This document shows positions 22,101 through 33,800 of a stretch of DNA of 36,382 nt, piece by piece (positions within the stretch are counted from its first letter, which is position 1; each line of letters starts with the position of its first letter). The stretch spans positions 1 through 36,382 of the forward strand of contig NIVC01002824.1 in NCBI GenBank assembly GCA_002269645.1. Direction: 5' to 3'. The position numbers and the translations under genes were made by a program. Source of the stretch: Macrostomum lignano (Eukaryota). Under the pieces are notes generated by a model. That model ran no database searches and had not been told where the DNA came from. It worked only from the letters and a program-made list of their open reading frames with translations.

Positions 22101-25100
22101 CAGCGCAGCCTGCCGGATACCGGCCAGGGTGTCCTGCTGATCTGATCGAAGCTGCCGCTCTGCCTGCCGGTGCTGATCGGCCAGCAAGGCCAGCTGGGCT
22201 GCCTGGCCGGCCACTTGGCGCTGGAGTTCAGCCAGCTGCTGCGACTGCAGCCTGGAAGCCTCGGCCAGCTGGCGAAGGTCGCCAACCGCTGAGCCGACAG
22301 CCGACGCAGCGGCCGACGATGCCGCCGACGCGACAGCGGCTGTCAGCGCCGAGTTCGACGACGCGATATTCGTAACTGGGGACTTTTTCGGCGCTGAGCT
22401 CGGCCGATCGCCGGCACCCCCGCTGTCCGCCGCCGCAGCCACCGCGGCAGCCGCCAAGTCGGCCACGGCGGCGGCCCGTTCGTCGTCCTCCTCAACGCAG
22501 CCGTCCTCCTCGGTGTCCTCATCATCTTCGTCGTTGTCGCCGGCCCGACCGGACTGACGGTCATTATCGTCGTTGTCATCTGGGCTGTCTGGCAGAATCA
22601 GCAGGTCGTCTCGCTGCTGACCTCCAGCCTCTCCCTCGTCTTGCTGCCCTTCTTCTTCTTCTTCTTCATCGCCTTCGTCGTCATCTTCGTCTGGCTCGAT
22701 GGCATTAGTGTCGTCCTCTTCGTCGCCGTTGGTCGGCGGCGGCGGTGGCATGTCGATAGCGTCGTCTCCGGCGTCTGTCGCGCGCTGTGACATCAGCTGC
22801 GACACCTCGGCGTCATCGTCAGCAGGCTCAGCGTCATCTACGTCAGCAGCGGCATCGGCAGCGGCGGAAGCGGCGACGGCGGCCACGGCAACGTCCCGAC
22901 TGCCGACAACTGAGCTGCCAACTGGCGACGCTAGTCCGGTTACTATGGTAACGGTGGAACTATCGACAGCCGTGCCGGCTCGGCCGAAACCGCCGCTACC
23001 GGCCGCGCTGCTGCCGGATGCCAACAGCAGATCGACGTCGGTGGAATTGCCCAGACTGCGCGGCGTGGCGGCCGCTGACGCCGGCCCCGACGAGGCAGCG
23101 GCGGCTGGCGAAGACGGCGCCGCACCGGAGGCGAACGACGGAGCGAAGGTTATGAAGTGATTCTGCAGGGCTCTGGGCCCACCTGGTAAAGAGAGAAGGG
23201 AGAAAGTGTTTATCATGTTCATTCTCTTAATTATTGAACATGACTTGGGAGTTTTTGTTATAAACGATACCGAGTAAGTTCAATATTAGTTCTTAGAACG
23301 ACCTACTAAATGACTCATTCGATGATCCACCCACTGAAGTATTCGTTAATACCTTGATTGACCCATTCGTTGACTTATTGAATTATCCACTCTGCTGACC
23401 CACTGATTGACCCATTTTTGTCCTACTGATTGACCCATTCGTTGACCCACTGGCTGACCCATTCGTTGACCCACTGGCTGACCCATTCGTTGACCTACTG
23501 ATTGACCCATTCGTTGACCCACTGGCCGACCCATTCGTTGACCCACTGGCTGACCCATTCGTTGACCTACTGATTGACCCATTCGTTGACCCACTGGCCG
23601 ACCCATTCATTGACCCACTGGCCGACCCATTCGTTGACCCACTGGCTGACCCATTATTTGACCTACTGATTGACCCATTCTTTGACCCACTGATTGACCC
23701 ATTGATTGAACCAATCGTTGACCCACTGATTGACCCTTTCTTTGACCCACTGATTGACCCATTCTTAGACCCACTTGTTGATCCACTGATTGGCCTATTT
23801 TTTGACCCACTTGTTGATCCACTGATTGGCCTATTTGTTGACCCACTTGTTGATCCACTGATTGGCCTATTTGTTGACCCACTTGTTGATCCACTGATTG
23901 GCCTATTTGTTGACCCACTTGTTGGTCCACTGATTGGCCTATTTGTTGACCCACTGATTGACCCATTGGTTGACCCAGTTATTGACCTACTGATTGACCT
24001 ATTCTTTGACCCACTGATAAATTCAGTCTTTGAACAATTCATTTACACAATCATTGAGCCATTTTCAGACCCACTGATCGACCCAAGTTGACCTACGTTG
24101 ACCTACACAGTTAAGTGACTTATTCGCTCCCTACCAGTAATTAAATAACCATTTGATCAGTTTATGCAGAGAAAAATTGCGAGTTCACTGTGTAATTAGG
24201 GAGAATACAGATCGCAGCGGCTCACCGTCTGCAGGTGCAGAGTCTGGGCAGACTCTCCGCTGCCAATCGCGCCAGTGGAAGCCAGCGCAGCAGTTGATTT
24301 GGCAGGCTTAAGCGAGGCGATGGAGAAATCAATGCACGGATCGGCGATGACAAATTCGGTCAAGCAGGTCAGCGCCGGTCCGCCGCCTGCGTCAGTCGAG
24401 CAGAACTCGGCCACGTAGAACACCGACCGGGTGGAGTCAGTTAGCACAACATATCGGCCGCTGGAGTCGCAGGCGATTTTCAACTCAGGCGGACGTTCGC
24501 CGGCCGGCGAAGCGAATTGGAGAGTCTGCAGGCAGGCCCAGTTGTCCATGCGCCACAGTTTCAATTCGCGGTTGAACTCGCCGCAGGTGATGGCGTGGCA
24601 GCAGAACTGTACGCTGTAATGGGAGCCGGCATGGGGGAGTGCTTGCCGATGCTAGCCAATGTACATTGAGGGTCCGGCATGGGGGAGTGCTTGCCGATGC
24701 TAGCCAATGTACATTGTGAGGACGGCATGGGGGAGTGCTTGTCGATGCTAGCCAATGTACACTGAGAGGCCAGCATGGGGGAGTGCTTGCCGATGCTAGC
24801 CAATGTACATTGAGGGCCCGGCATGGGGGAGTGCTTGCCGATGCTAGCCAATGTACACTGAGAGGCCAGCATGGGGGAGTGCTTGCCGATGCTAGCCAAT
24901 CTACATTGAGGGTCCGGCATGGGGGAGTGCTTGCCGATGCTAGCCAATGTACATTGTGAGGACGGCATGGGGGAGTGCTTGTCGATGCTAGCCAATGTAC
25001 ACTGAGAGGCCAGCATGGGGGAGTGCTTGCCGATGCTAGCCAATGTACATTGAGGGCCCGGCATGGGGGAGTGCTTGCCGATGCTAGCCAATGTACACTG

Positions 25101-28057
25101 AGAGGCCAGCATGGGGGAGTGCTTGCCGATGCTAGCCAATCTACATTGAGGGTCCGGCATGGGGGAGTGCTTGCCGATGCTAGCCAATGTACATTGAGGG
25201 TCCGGCATGGGGGAGTGCTTGCCGATGCTAGCCAATGTACATTGAGGGTCCGGCATGGGGGAGTGCTTGCCGATGCTAGCCAATGTACATTGAGGGGCCA
25301 GCATGGGGGGAGTGCTTGCCGATGCTAGCCAATGTACATTGAGGGGCCAGCATGGGGGGAGTGCTTGCAGGTGCTAGTCAATGTACATTAAAACTAAGCT
25401 TGAAGTACACTCACTCCTTTTTAACGCCGCGCACATCGTCCAAGAATAGCACGCGATAGACCGGCCTGCCCTCGTGCGGCTTCCACGGATCGGGCATTTG
25501 ACTGCGAACGATAAGAGAAGTCAATAACAGTTTATAGCTGGCCTGGGGAAAAGAGCCAAGCATATCAAAGAGATTCATTTCTCTTACCTAGCCTGCAACA
25601 GTCCGTCTTCCCATTCAACTTGAAAGAAGTACACGATACCGTCTAGACCGCAGGAGGCGACCAAGCCGCCCTCCGGACTGATGGCCAGGTCCATGATTGG
25701 CTGCGGCAAAATTATTTTTAGTTACAAATGTAATTAACAAAGCATGAGAATCGCCCACCTGTGCACCATGAGGGGCATGGCTATGAAGTCATCGCACACC
25801 TGTGCACCATGAGAATCGCACACCTGTGCACCATGAGAATCGCACACCTGTGCACCATGAGAATCGCACACCTGTGCACCATGAGAATCGCACACCTGTG
25901 CACCATGAGAATCGCACACCTGTGCACCATGAGAATCGCACACCTGTGCACCATGAGAATCGCACACCTGTGCACCATGAGAATCGCACACCTGTGCACC
26001 ATGAGAATCGCACACCTGTGCACCATGAGAATCGCACACCTGTGCACCATGAGAATCGCACACCTGTGCACCATGAGAATCGGCAATATGTGCACCATGA
26101 GAATCGCACACCTGTGCACCATGAGAATCGCACACCTGTGCACCATGAGAATCGCACACCTGTGCACCATGAGAATCGCACACCTGTGCACCATGAGAAT
26201 CGCACACCTGTGCACCATGAGAATCGCACACCTGTGCACCATGAGAATCGCACACCTGTGCACCATGAGAATCGCACACCTGTGCACCATGAGAATCGCA
26301 CACCTGTGCACCATGAGAATCGCACACCTGTGCACCATGAGAATCGCACACCTGTGCACCATGAGAATCGCACACCTGTGCATCATGAGAATTGCCCACC
26401 TGTGCACCATGAGAATCGCACACCTGTGCACCATGAGAATCGCCTATCTGTGCACCATGAGAATCGCACACCTGTGCATCATGAGAATTGCCCACCTGTG
26501 CACCATGAGAATCGCACACCTGTGCACCATGAGAATCGCCTATCTGTGCACCATGAGAATCGCACACCTGTGCACCATGAGAATCGCACACCTGTGCATC
26601 ATGAGAATTGCCCACCTGTGCACCATGAGAATCGCACACCTGTGCACCATGAGAATCGCCTATCTGTGCACCATGAGAATCGCACACCTGTGCACCATGA
26701 GAATCGCCTATCTGTGCACCATGAGAATCGCACACCTGAGCACCATGAGAATCGCCTATCTGTGCACCATGAGAATCGCACACCTGAGCACCACCTCCCG
26801 TATACAAATACCTTAGAAACCCCTAAATTCCCAATTTCCTCACCTGGCTGTGATTCTGAAACTTGACAAAATGCTCATCCAGGCTGTCCGAGTCCACAAC
26901 CTGGCCAGCATAGGTGGACACCAGTTTCTGCACATCCAGCAGGTTCAGCTCGTTGTCGTGCGTCACAGCCAGCAGACGAGCCTTGGCGCTTCGCCGACTC
27001 TCAGCGGAGGCTCCGTTCTGTCCGCCGCCACTCAAATCATCGTCTTCGTCCTCCTCGTCCTCGTCGTCGGCGTCGTCGGCGTCAGCAATATAGGGACACC
27101 AGGTGAGTCGGTGGTACTCGACACTCGGCCGCCGCTGCGCGTGACCGTCACCAGACGGCGGGTAAGCAATGACTCGGCGCTGTGCGAGTCTTGAATGAGA
27201 TCGACGTGCACAGTGCCGTGACCGTCAACCGAAGCAAGGATTGGCAGGTCGTCGATGTGAGCGAATGCTATGTCTACAACACGGCTGGCGTAGCCCTGCA
27301 GTGAAGAATGATCGCTTATTGCCAGAGAGAATTTTAAATGCAGATTAATGAGCTGGTTTTGATTAGCAGGAAGAAAACTATGACAAAAGCGTAATTCAAA
27401 CGTTAAGTAGACGAAACTCAGTAACTGTGCAAGTGACTCAGTGACTATGCAAGTGACTCAGTGATTGTGCAAGTGACTCAGTGACTGTGCAAGTGACTCA
27501 GTGACTATGCAAGTGACTCAGTGATTGTGCAAGTGACTCAGTGATTGTGCAAGTGACTCAGTGACGGTGCAAGTGACTCAGTGACTGTGCAAGTGACTCA
27601 GTGATTGCGCAAGTGACTCAGTGACACCTGTGCAGGCAAGGGCCTTATTCAAGCAGTTTCAAGTCAACCCAATGTACTACACCTTAATTAGAGCCTTAGC
27701 CGCAGTCTTGCTATTAAACACGCGTACAACGCCTTCGTCGTGCGAGGATCGAACCGCTTTAAGCGTGTAGGCAACCAGCGGCAGGCAGTGATGCGAAGCC
27801 ACCAAATGGCCATTATAGAACTGCTGAGTCCAAGCGAATTTTATCGTTGGGACAACTCGAATTCGGGCGTCCGCCTGGCGCTGCTCGGCGCCAGAATTCG
27901 AGGCCTGACTAGCCGTGACGTGCACCCGGCCGGGGCGCAGGCTGAACGAGCTGGAGTCCGACTGGCCGGTGCACGCTCTGGCGGGAGGACGGTCGGGACT
28001 GTTATTCTGATTCACTATGACTTGGAAACGGTTTATGACCTTAAACTGGTAATTCAT
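19104..28057 (-). CDS. EDC4: Enhancer of mRNA-decapping protein 4 (Ge-1/Hedls), 9 exons, two apparent frameshifts
   Basis: Exons 28057-27683, 27295-26844, 25700-25588, 25501-25415, 24613-24226, 23182-21948, 21467-21204, 20740-20255, 19286-19104. WD40 motifs match human EDC4: KFAWTQQFYNGHLVA, VVDIAFAH, HRLTWCPYI, LAISPEGGLVAS, WKPHEGRPV, NRELKLWRMDNWACLQTLQF, EFVIADP. These are followed by a low-complexity/acidic linker, a coiled coil and a Ge-1 C-terminal domain (AFKEALSS..LELVLDLC, LEQQVILSLIQQL, KCDYLQES, VRRVRMLA). Confidence 0.93.
19322..20125. repeat. 22-bp minisatellite CAGTGACTCACTCAATGCMACA, ~36 copies
   Basis: EDC4 last intron. Confidence 0.97.
20845..21170. repeat. 8/12-bp GAGTAGCT(AGCT/GACT) repeat
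   Basis: EDC4 intron 7. Confidence 0.9.
21540..21885. repeat. 8/12-bp GAGTAGCT(AACT/AGCT) repeat
   Basis: EDC4 intron 6. Confidence 0.9.
23345..24080. repeat. Degenerate 12-bp-based array (TTGACCCACTGA / TTGACCCATTCG) with 24/36-bp higher periods
   Basis: EDC4 intron 5. Confidence 0.9.
24626..25390. repeat. 48-bp minisatellite GGCATGGGGGAGTGCTTGCCGATGCTAGCCAATGTACATTGAGGGTCC, ~16 copies
   Basis: EDC4 intron 4; a 240-bp block is duplicated (identical ORFs at 24735 and 24975). Confidence 0.97.
25742..26792. repeat. 24-bp minisatellite GCACCATGAGAATCGCACACCTGT, ~43 copies
   Basis: EDC4 intron 2; open in several frames, explaining the 350-aa repetitive ORFs. Confidence 0.98.
27417..27623. repeat. 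20-bp minisatellite GTGACTCAGTGAYTRTGCAA, ~10 copies
   Basis: EDC4 intron 1. Confidence 0.95.
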
Positions 28058-28062
28058 AAATT

Positions 28063-28525
28063 GTCACTGACTCAAACAGTCAATGACCCAAACAGTCACT
28101 GACTCAAACAGTCAATGACCCAAACAGTCAATAACACAAACAGTCAATGACCCAAACAGTCAATAACACAAACAGTCAATGACCCAAACAGTCACTGACC
28201 CAAACAGTCACTGACCCAAACAGTCACTGACCCAAACAGTCAATGACCCAAACAATCAATGACCCAAACAGTCAATAACCCAAACAATCAATGACCCAAA
28301 CAGTCACTGACCCAAACATTCAATAACCCAAACAATCAATGACCTAAACAGTCACTGACCCAAACAGTCAATGACCCAAACAGTCAATAACCTAAACAGT
28401 CACTGACCCAAACAGTCACTGACCCAAACAGTCACTGACCCAAACGGTCACTGACCCAAACAGTCACTGACCCAAACAGTCCAGTCACTGACCCAAACGG
28501 TCACTGACCCAAACAGTCACTGACC
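28063..28525. repeat. 16-bp minisatellite CAGTCAMTGACCCAAA, ~28 copies
   Basis: Directly upstream of the EDC4 ATG. Confidence 0.95.
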
Positions 28526-28835
28526 GAAAAGTTATTAACAGAAAAGCAATGCAACAAGAGTGAAATAACAAGTACAATTTCAATTTTAACTTACATTTCT
28601 TGCAGGGATGCCATTGACAATACAACTGAAGATAAATATAGCTTGTTGATTTATATATCATGAATGCACAAGAAGTTTGTTTTTATAAAATTAGTCTTCA
28701 AAAGTACGAGCTGTGTATTGCTTTACTAGTGCTTGAATTTAATATCAAACTCAGACTAAAATCAAATGTAATAAAATGTTCTAAAAACTAAAAAATTCTA
28801 TTTCTATCTTCTCGGAATTGGACTGTTAGAAAACT

Positions 28836-29662
28836 TAAACCACACTGAAAATCAGCCCTAAACCACACTGAGAATCAACCCTAAACCACACTGAAAATCA
28901 ACCCTAAACCACACTGAAAATCAACCCTAAACCACACTGAAAATCAACCCTAAACCACACTGAAAATCAACCCTAAACCACACTGAAAATCAACCCTAAA
29001 CCACACTGAAAATCAACCCTAAACCACACTGAAAATCAGCCCTAAACCACACTGAGAATCAACCCTAAACCATAGAGAATCAGCCCTAAACCATAGAGAA
29101 TCAGCCCTAAACCATAGAGAATCAGCCCTAAACCATAGAGAATCAGCCCTAAACCATAGAGAATCAACCCTAAACCACACTGAGAATCAGCCCTAAACCA
29201 TAGAGAATCAGCCCTAAACCATAGAGAATCAGCCCTAAACCATAGAGAATCAGCCCTAAACCATAGAGAATCAGCCCTAAACCATAGAGAATCAACCCTA
29301 AACCACACTGAGAATCAGCCCTAAACCATAGAGAATCAGCCCTAAACCATAGAGAATCAGCCCTAAACCATAGAGAATCAACCCTAAACCACACTGAGAA
29401 TCAGCCCTAAACCATAGAGAATCAGCCCTAAACCATAGAGAATCAGCCCTAAACCATAGAGAATCAACCCTAAACCACACAGAATCAACCCTAAACCACT
29501 GAGAATCAGCCCTAAACCACACTGAGAATCAACCCTAAACCACACTGAGAATCAGCCCTAAACCATAGAGAATCAGCCCTAAACCATAGAGAATCAGCCC
29601 TAAACCATAGAGAATCAGCCCTAAACCACACAGAATCAGCCCTAAATCATAGAGAATCAGCC
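28836..29662. repeat. 21-23-bp minisatellite CARCCCTAAACCAYA(C/G)(T)GAGAAT, ~38 copies
   Basis: YTHDC1-EDC4 intergenic region; each unit contains CCCTAA. Confidence 0.95.
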
Positions 29663-29760
29663 TAATGATTCTGATTTCTCTAATAAATCTACCTGAGAGC
29701 AGTATACATAGAAATAAAAAGAAAATAATCAAAGACTTTCAAGAACATTACAGATATCAA

Positions 29761-29766
29761 TTTATT
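29761..29766 (-). terminator. Candidate polyadenylation signal AATAAA for YTHDC1
   Basis: First canonical TTTATT (+ strand) I found below the YTHDC1 stop (~1 kb); a variant ATTAAA occurs near 29930. Confidence 0.4.
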
Positions 29767-30159
29767 AGTGTTAGTAACACGACCATAAAACATAAATAAA
29801 GACATATACACACACACACAACAAGAGTTCAGAGAGTAAAAGCAGTTATGTTAGGCATTAGACAAATACAAAACATGGCATGGCTTATTGCTACTAATTA
29901 ATGGCCTTTCTAAGTATTTTCATCGCCTTTAATTGAGAGAACATATTACCTTCAAAAAGCAGAAATGAATTTAAAATCATGCTGACAGTAGAAATAACTT
30001 AAACAGTAGGCCACCATTTTTTGTTACGTCTAAACGTCTAAATGGAGTGTCGGAGGCTCCGCGTTATTCTGCATTACTGAGGAAAAACGCTCGTAGGGCC
30101 AAAGCTGTCTTACGCTGCTTCCATTCTGCGTAGCTAAAGTTGTAAAAGGAGTTTTTTAC

Positions 30160-30464
30160 TATACTTTACTTTACTATTATACTATTACTACTACCATACT
30201 ACTAATGTTACTACTACTATAATATACACTACTATCTTTACTACTGTATTATTACTACTACTATACTACTATTACTACTACTATTACTACTAATATTACT
30301 ACTATTACTACTATTATTAATACTACTACTACTAATACTACTACTATTACAAATACTACTACTATTACTACTACTACTATTACTACTACTACTACTACTG
30401 CTACTACTACTGCTACTACTACTGCTACTACTAATACTACTACTATTACAAATACTACTACTAT

Positions 30465-30504
<40 letters not shown>

Positions 30505-30590
30505 GCTACAACTACTGCTACTACTACTACTACTACTACTATTACTACTACTATTACTACTACTACTACTACTATATTACCAATTTCTAT
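30160..30590. repeat. Degenerate (TAC)n/(TAT)n microsatellite
   Basis: Direct inspection; explains the poly-Val ORF at 30261-30632. Confidence 0.95.
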
Positions 30591-30803
30591 TAATATACTA
30601 GTCAAAGTAACGCTTTTCGAGTCCCGAGGCATTTAGACATTAATGAAACAAGCAACACATACAATTAGGTCAACATTACAAGCTTTACGAGCGTACTGAT
30701 GCTAGGCAGCTTAATTTCATACTACAGTAAAATTAGTTAAAAAAATAAACCAATGCTTCAACAAAAACAGGTGTCCAATAGTAAAGAAGAGAACCGGAGC
30801 GTC

Positions 30804-33800
30804 TCAGCGTCGAGAAGACGATCGAGAACGTCGTCGTCGACGACGTCGACTGCGGCTTGACGAAGAGCGGCCGCCGTCATCGTCCGATGAGCTCGGACTG
30901 TCGCCGCCGCTACTAGATAAAGCAGCCGCGGTGGCGGTGGCTGCGGAAGCCGCGGCGGCACCTGGAGCGGCCCCGGTAGTGCGCTGGAGAAACTCGTTGA
31001 CGCGCTTCTCGTAATCCTCGGCAGAGAGTTGAGGCTGCTGCACCTGCTGCTGCACCTGGAACTGCTGCTGCTGCTGGTAGGCGTACATAGGCTGCTGCTG
31101 GCCGGGCATCATGTACTGAGCCTGGCCGTACATCATCGCGGCATAGGGATTGGCAGCGGCTGGGTACTGCTGGTAGCCATAAGCCGCATATTGCATCTGC
31201 TGCTGCGATGGCGGCTGCTGCTGAGATGCCTGATCAGCCGGGTTGGACACGGCTGAGCCGAACTGTCTCAGGTAGTCCTGATAGCTGCCATTGATGAACG
31301 TCTCTTTGCCGACGCCTTGAATGTCGCCGTTGCCGCCTTTCGGCGGACTTCGCGATCGGCGAGGCCGGCTCCTTGATCGTCGAGACCGGCTTCTTGACCG
31401 ACGACCGCCGCCTTCGCTAGATCGGCGACGTCGCCTAGACGAAGACGAACCAGAGTCGCGATGGCTTCGATGACGCTGCTGATGTCGGCGACGCTCACCA
31501 GGCGGCGATCGGCGACGATCTGTAGAGGGCGGCGACGACGCTCTCGGCGGCCGGTCCATCGACTGCGAGGGTGGCAGCGGCGGCGGAGGCAGCGAAGCCG
31601 GCTGTTGAAGATACGGCAGCTGCTGCTGATTGGGCGGCATCAGCGGCTGCCCGTGCGGCGCCATCATCGGGGGCGGGTAATGCTGATGATGCTGCTGCTG
31701 CTGCTGGTGATGCTGGTGATGATGAGGCAAGTTGACCCTGCGCCTGGACTTGGTGCGGTCAACCAGGCGATCCAGATCGCAATCGGGATCGAGATGGAAC
31801 AGGCGGCACAGGGCTTGGCCAACGCCCGGCTCAATCTCCTGGCCATCGCGACCGATTTTCACCGGTTTAAATTCGTTCCAAGCGTTCAATAGGTGGCCAG
31901 TTTTATTGAAGCGCAGCTCCCTACGGCTGAGCCAGTCGATGCGAAAGGTGCCGCTGAGAGCGCGATGGCTGAGGCCGGGCGGCAGGACCCAGTTCACCCG
32001 GTTGCTGGATTTCTCCGATGGGCCGGCCAGCCTGGCGTAGCCCTGGGTTCGAATTGCGTGTCAAGGATTTAGGGAGGGGGGGTTTGCGAATTAAAGTCTG
32101 CTTTAAAATATCAGTTTTCTTCTATCAGTGCTGTCGTTTCTTGCAAAGAAGCATCTTACTTTTGCTTGGAAATCACTTGACAACTTCATTCTTTATTGAC
32201 AACCCATTAGCTCATACTTACCTGTGAATAGTATCACTCGTAAGCTACTAATCAAAGTAGTAAGTTAAGCCCTAATAAATACACATTCAATGTTTAGAGC
32301 GTTGAATAATCTTTTCTGCTTTTTGTTGAGAGTAAATCAAATGGATAATATGCCGAAGTCAGAATGTTAAGTTTAGTGGGATAAGGGAAACTGGGGGATG
32401 GGATTAGGGATATGGATAATATGGGATAAGGGACACTGGGGAATGGGATTAGGGAATAGGAATATAGGTAATATGTGATATGGGACACTGGGAACGGGAT
32501 TAGGGAATAGGAATATAGGTAATATGTGATATGGGACACTGGGGAACGGGATTAGGGAATAGGAATATAGGTAATATGGGATAAAGGACACAGGGGAATG
32601 GGATTCGGGATATAGGTAATATGGGATAAGGGACACTGGGGAATGGGATTCGGATATAGGTAATATGGGATAAGGGACACTGGAGAATGGGATTAGGGAT
32701 ATAGGTAATATGGGATAAGGGACACTGGGGAATGGGATTAGGGATATAGGTAATATGGGATAAGGGACACTGGGGAATGGGATTGGGGATCTGGATAACA
32801 TGGGATAAGGGACACTGGGGAATTGGGATGGGATTGGGGATCTGGATAACATGGGATAAGGGACACTGGGAATGGATGGGATTGGGGATCTGGATAATAT
32901 GGGATAAGGGACACTGGGGAATGGATGGGATTGGGGATCTGGATAACATGGGATAGGGGACACTGGGGAATGGATGGGATTGGGGATCTGGATAATATGG
33001 ATAAGGGACACTGGGGAGTGGGTGGGATTGGGGATTTGGATAATATGGGATAAGGGACATTGGGGAGTGGGTGGGATTGGGGATTTGGATAATATGGGAT
33101 AAGGGACTATATCTCTTTTGATTCACCTGAAGAGGACACTAATAGACTACATATGCATAAACCAACCCTATTGATCTGCCCCACAGAGAAACACTTTGCG
33201 GGAGAAACAGTTCAAGTCGCACAACAGGATGTATAATTAGTTATAATAATTAAATCAGTGCAGAAAGACTCAAATATAAAAATATATATCAGCATAGTCA
33301 ATCTAATGAGTCTCTTTAAGCAATCTCTATGTTTGGTATAAAATTAAAAAATCAGATCAAGTTTAGTGTAGACAAGAAAACACAGGTGAAATGCTTGCCA
33401 ATAAAACTTTATAAATAAATAAATTTGTGTGCCAATTTAAGACTAGGTAGGTCATAGCACACACACCTGTCACCTAAATAGAGTCTCCAAAATGCACAGT
33501 CCCCCGAGATAAAAGTTCAATTCAGCAATCAATTTATCAATAACAGTTCCAGCAGGGCGCGGTGCCGATGTGCGTTAATTAAATAACTACCTGGAATCGG
33601 CCGCTCTCCTTCACTGAGAATATCAGATAGACGGAGCGCGACTCGTGATAAGCGCCATTCAATCTGTGCTCATTTGGCGGCGGCGTGGCCCAGACGCCTT
33701 TAGCTTTGGCCAGAGACACGTTCTCATAATTGGAGCTTTTAATCATAAAGTAGCGAGCGTCGCGAAACAGATGATCGAGTTGCTCCGGTTGCTCCGGCGG

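Noticed and set aside
1923-27135. Programmed ribosomal frameshifting or insertional RNA editing as the cause of the frame breaks
   Set aside because: No slippery heptamer or stimulatory structure is seen. Many events per gene, all 1-nt short and mostly in G/C runs, fit sequencing deletions far better. It is kept only as something RNA-seq would reveal.
30030-30140. GC-richer island with a small TACGC...GCGTA stem in the YTHDC1 3' region
   Set aside because: No recognisable snoRNA, miRNA or SL RNA signature; an Infernal/Rfam search would be needed.
14426-31892. Antisense ORFs over real exons (14426-14731, 20555-20758, 21180-21500, 26850-27194, 27740-28102, 31461-31892)
   Set aside because: Shadow ORFs of GC-rich coding strands with no recognisable homology.
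14-33126. Long repetitive ORFs (DSLVDDLV, RYLRQVS, LLPVTLP, MGKGRGS, QMTWRFP, HVHSQAC, HHENRTPV, poly-V, etc.)
   Set aside because: They coincide exactly with tandem arrays inside GT-AG introns or spacers. They stay open because the units lack stops in those frames, often on both strands.
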